Positions 38,418-41,400 of a DNA stretch of 41,400 bases are shown here, one piece after another (within the stretch, counting starts at the first letter, position 1; each line of letters starts with the position of its first letter). The DNA is from Octopus sinensis (taxonomy: Eukaryota). Where the stretch lies: contig NW_021835342.1 in assembly GCF_006345805.1 (NCBI RefSeq), forward strand, positions 1-41,400, written 5' to 3'. The notes beneath the pieces are model-generated. The model saw only the letters and a program-made list of their open reading frames with translations, did no database searches and was not told the DNA's origin. The position numbers and the translations under genes were made by a program.

Positions 38418-38449
<32 letters not shown>

Positions 38450-38545
38450 GGTGGTGATGATGATGATGATGGTGGTGATGGTGGTGGTGGTGATGATGAT
38501 GATGATGATGACGATGACGACGACGACGACGATGATGATGATGAC

Positions 38546-38580
<35 letters not shown>

Positions 38581-38623
38581 CGACGATGATGATAATGATT
38601 TCAGTATCTTCAACACTAGGTAG

Positions 38624-38845
38624 GTGGTGAGTTGGCTGAATCGTTAGTACTCCAGACAAACTAACTACTCAGCAGTATTTCGTCTGTCGTAACCTCGTGT
38701 GTTCAAATTCCGCAGAGGTCAACTTTGCTTTTCATCCTTTTGAGAAATCGATAAATTAAGTACCAGTTGAGTGCTGAAGTTGATGTAATCGACTTAACTC
38801 TTCCGCCGAGCCTTCTCGCCTTTTGGAAAAAAAGTTGAAACGAAT
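38624..38845 (+). mobile_element. SINE family B copy
   Basis: ggtggtgagttggctgaatcgttagt...gttcaaattccgcagaggtcaactttgcttttcatcc. Confidence 0.75.
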
Positions 38846-39209
38846 ATTTAACATGGATAGTTGCTCAATGTAGCGAGTCCTTGATTTGCAGTTCAATCGT
38901 TGGTGGCATGGACAGGGAAAAATCACAGCAACGAATACGGTGAAGAATTCTGTCCAAAACTTTAAAGTTCCCTTCCTCCTGGAAAAAAAAAACTTTTATC
39001 TAATTTTTTAAAAATGTTGGATTTTATATTTCGACTTAGCCCCTGCCACTAGTTTTAGGGCGTTCTATCATTTCACTATGAAATACGAACGTATGACATG
39101 ACGAGATCTTGAACATTATGTCGTCGCTCCATCGATTCACGTCTTAAAGGTTCAGTCTAACATCTTCCCTATGCTCTATTCACTCGCAATATCCTTAATA
39201 ATGTGTTAA

Positions 39210-39430
39210 AGTGGCGGACTGGCAACATCGATGGCACGCCGATCAAAATGCCTAACCGCATTTCGTCCGTCCTTACGTTCGTTCTGTGTTCAAATTCCGC
39301 CGAGGTTGACTCTGTCCTATATTCTTTCGGGGTCGATCAAAATAGGTACCAGCTGAGTACTGAGGTCAATGTAATCGTCTTACCCCTTCCTCCGAAATTG
39401 CTGGCCTTGTACCACAGTTTGAAGCGAATA
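39210..39430 (+). mobile_element. SINE family B copy
   Basis: gtggcggactggca...gttcaaattccgccgaggttgac...ttcggggtcgat. Confidence 0.75.
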
Positions 39431-39785
39431 TCCTTAACAACGAGAACAGTCACCTTATGTATCATATTTAAAAAGATATTGTGTTACTGGAAAATTTGAT
39501 AGGTTTTAAAGTAATCGTAGATGTTGTGCTAATGATTTCAAACAAAACGCTTTTTAAATGTTAGAAAAAGAACAGGAAGATGATACGAAAACTCCATCAC
39601 CTACTGCAACTGACTGGAAAGGATACAGATAATGGGTTGGCACTTACGGAGACTATTTTACTCTGTATAAAATATGTTTCTTATATAAAATAGACCTGTG
39701 TCTATTCGCCTTCCACGAATGTGTATTCGCCTTCCACGCGAAAACGGCTGCGTGAATTGCTCCCATATGTGGGATGTAGAAATAA

Positions 39786-40184
39786 CTAGCAGTATCGCCC
39801 GGCGTTGCTCGGATTTGTAAGGGAAATAACTATATAAGCATTTTTAGAGATTTATAGCCAAAAGATAGCAAAAAAATGCATTAAAAACGGGAAAAAAATT
39901 ATGGTAAATTTTTTTTTAAATCGTTGACTCATCGTAGACATTTTTAGAGAGTTACTTCCCTTATATAATAGCGAAAAAATGCATTAAAATGGGAAAAAAA
40001 TGATGGTAATTTTTTTTTTAAATCGTAGACTCATCGTAGACGCGCGCTAATATCCAGAAGGGCTCGATATGAATCACGACTATAAGATACCCGGTTTTGG
40101 TGAAACTGCACCGCAAAATGTGGGAGTAGTTAGGAATCTAAATCGTAGGAGACAGGCACACAACTTCACTTTTATATATAAAGA
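39786..40184 (-). mobile_element. Non-autonomous Helitron, copy 2
   Basis: Near identical to 32320-32694, with the same A|TC...CTAG|T ends; about 24 bp longer in a subrepeat. Confidence 0.88.
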
Positions 40185-40765
40185 TTTGACCTTGGATACA
40201 TAATAGGGTCTTCATTTTTTTCCCTTTATTACCTTATCTATATGATTCACTTCTTTACAAAGGTTTCTCAATATCAAAATCCGGTATTGACGTAGCAACA
40301 ACGAAATTTTCCGTTTTCATTTGCGAGATATCTCACTCCCTGTTTGAACATTTTCATTTCAAGTGTTAATTCGCTATTTGCAATCAGCTACGATAAATTA
40401 CTTAAAGACATATTTACTAAGTTCGCAAATTTTGTTTGAACCCGCACACTTCGTTAATTTCCGTAATTTTTATTTATTTACTTTTCACACGCTGCGTTCA
40501 GCTCTAAGTATTTGCAGTCGGCCACGCACGCGCACGTGTGTTTTTGTACGTACGTTTGTATACATTTTTGTATGCATGTGTTTTTTGTATGCAGATTTAT
40601 GTATGTGAGAGAGAGAAAGAGATTGAGTGAAGGAAAATGTTGTCCGTGTATATGTACATACATAAATACATATGCATACATCTTTTTGTATGTGTGTGTG
40701 AGAGAGAGACAGACAGAGAGAGAGTTTGATATCTAAGTAGCCCTCACTCTCTCTCTCTCTCCCCC

Positions 40766-40811
<46 letters not shown>

Positions 40812-41275
40812 GCACACACACGCACACATACAAACAAAAAAAGATGTATGCATACTTATATACGGACACATGACAACACACCCCTTCCCTCTCTCTTTCT
40901 CTCACACACACACGTCCACTTCATGTAATATTTGATACCCTCAGTGTGTGCGTGCGTGCGTGCGTGCGTGTGTGCGGCGTTCCACAATCGCCATTTATTT
41001 CAATCACGCTCGTGAATTTTTTCACGTTACTCATTTTTTTTTTTCATTTAATTCCCATTTTAATTTTCAAAAAAGCTACCGAGAACAATGCTCTCACCCT
41101 CTACATGAGGAAACGGGTTAGATGTAGATGATCAGTGTTCTACAGTGAAGCGAACACGAGTTCAGAAAACCTGAGTCAACGTTGAATTCTGCGACTCTGT
41201 TAACTCTATTAAGTATATAAAAACACACAAAAACTACCAAGGCTGTGAAGATTTTAGAACATTTATAAATAGAAG

Positions 41276-41323
41276 GTCTTACAGCTGTTTCCAGGATATT
41301 TATTATATCCCTTCATCGGAGAC
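41276..41323 (-). ncRNA. Minimal hammerhead, core variant CCGAUGA
   Basis: gtct-CCGATGA-agggatat aataa atatcctg-GAAA-CAGCTG-TA-agac; related to 4796-4849. Confidence 0.75.
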
Positions 41324-41400
41324 GGTGTGAGAGGATGGTTAAGAAATAGTTAATTTAGATAAGATATAAAATAGAGAGTGAGGTGGAGGAAATAAAAGAA

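Overview
AT-rich, repeat-saturated eukaryotic (animal) non-coding DNA. The tRNA-headed SINE families and the extreme (TA)n/(TACA)n/(AAT)n load look like an octopus/coleoid cephalopod genome; this is an inference, not a database match. I see no credible host exon, rRNA, tRNA gene or CRISPR array, and nearly all supplied ORFs are microsatellite translations. The window holds three abundant SINE families, Tc1/mariner and pogo fossils, an hAT-type MITE, Helitron remnants and an R4/Dong-like retrotransposon 3' end. The most notable signal is about a dozen minimal type I hammerhead ribozyme (HHR) motifs from several unrelated sequence families. They sit in short Penelope-like (PLE) pLTR fragments inside (TA)n/(AAT)n tracts, often as near-perfect fold-backs. 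One family carries a compensatory U3:A8 core variant, one forms a ~630-bp tandem (retrozyme-like dimer), and four fragments break inside the ribozyme. All alignments and coordinates were read by eye, so element boundaries are approximate.
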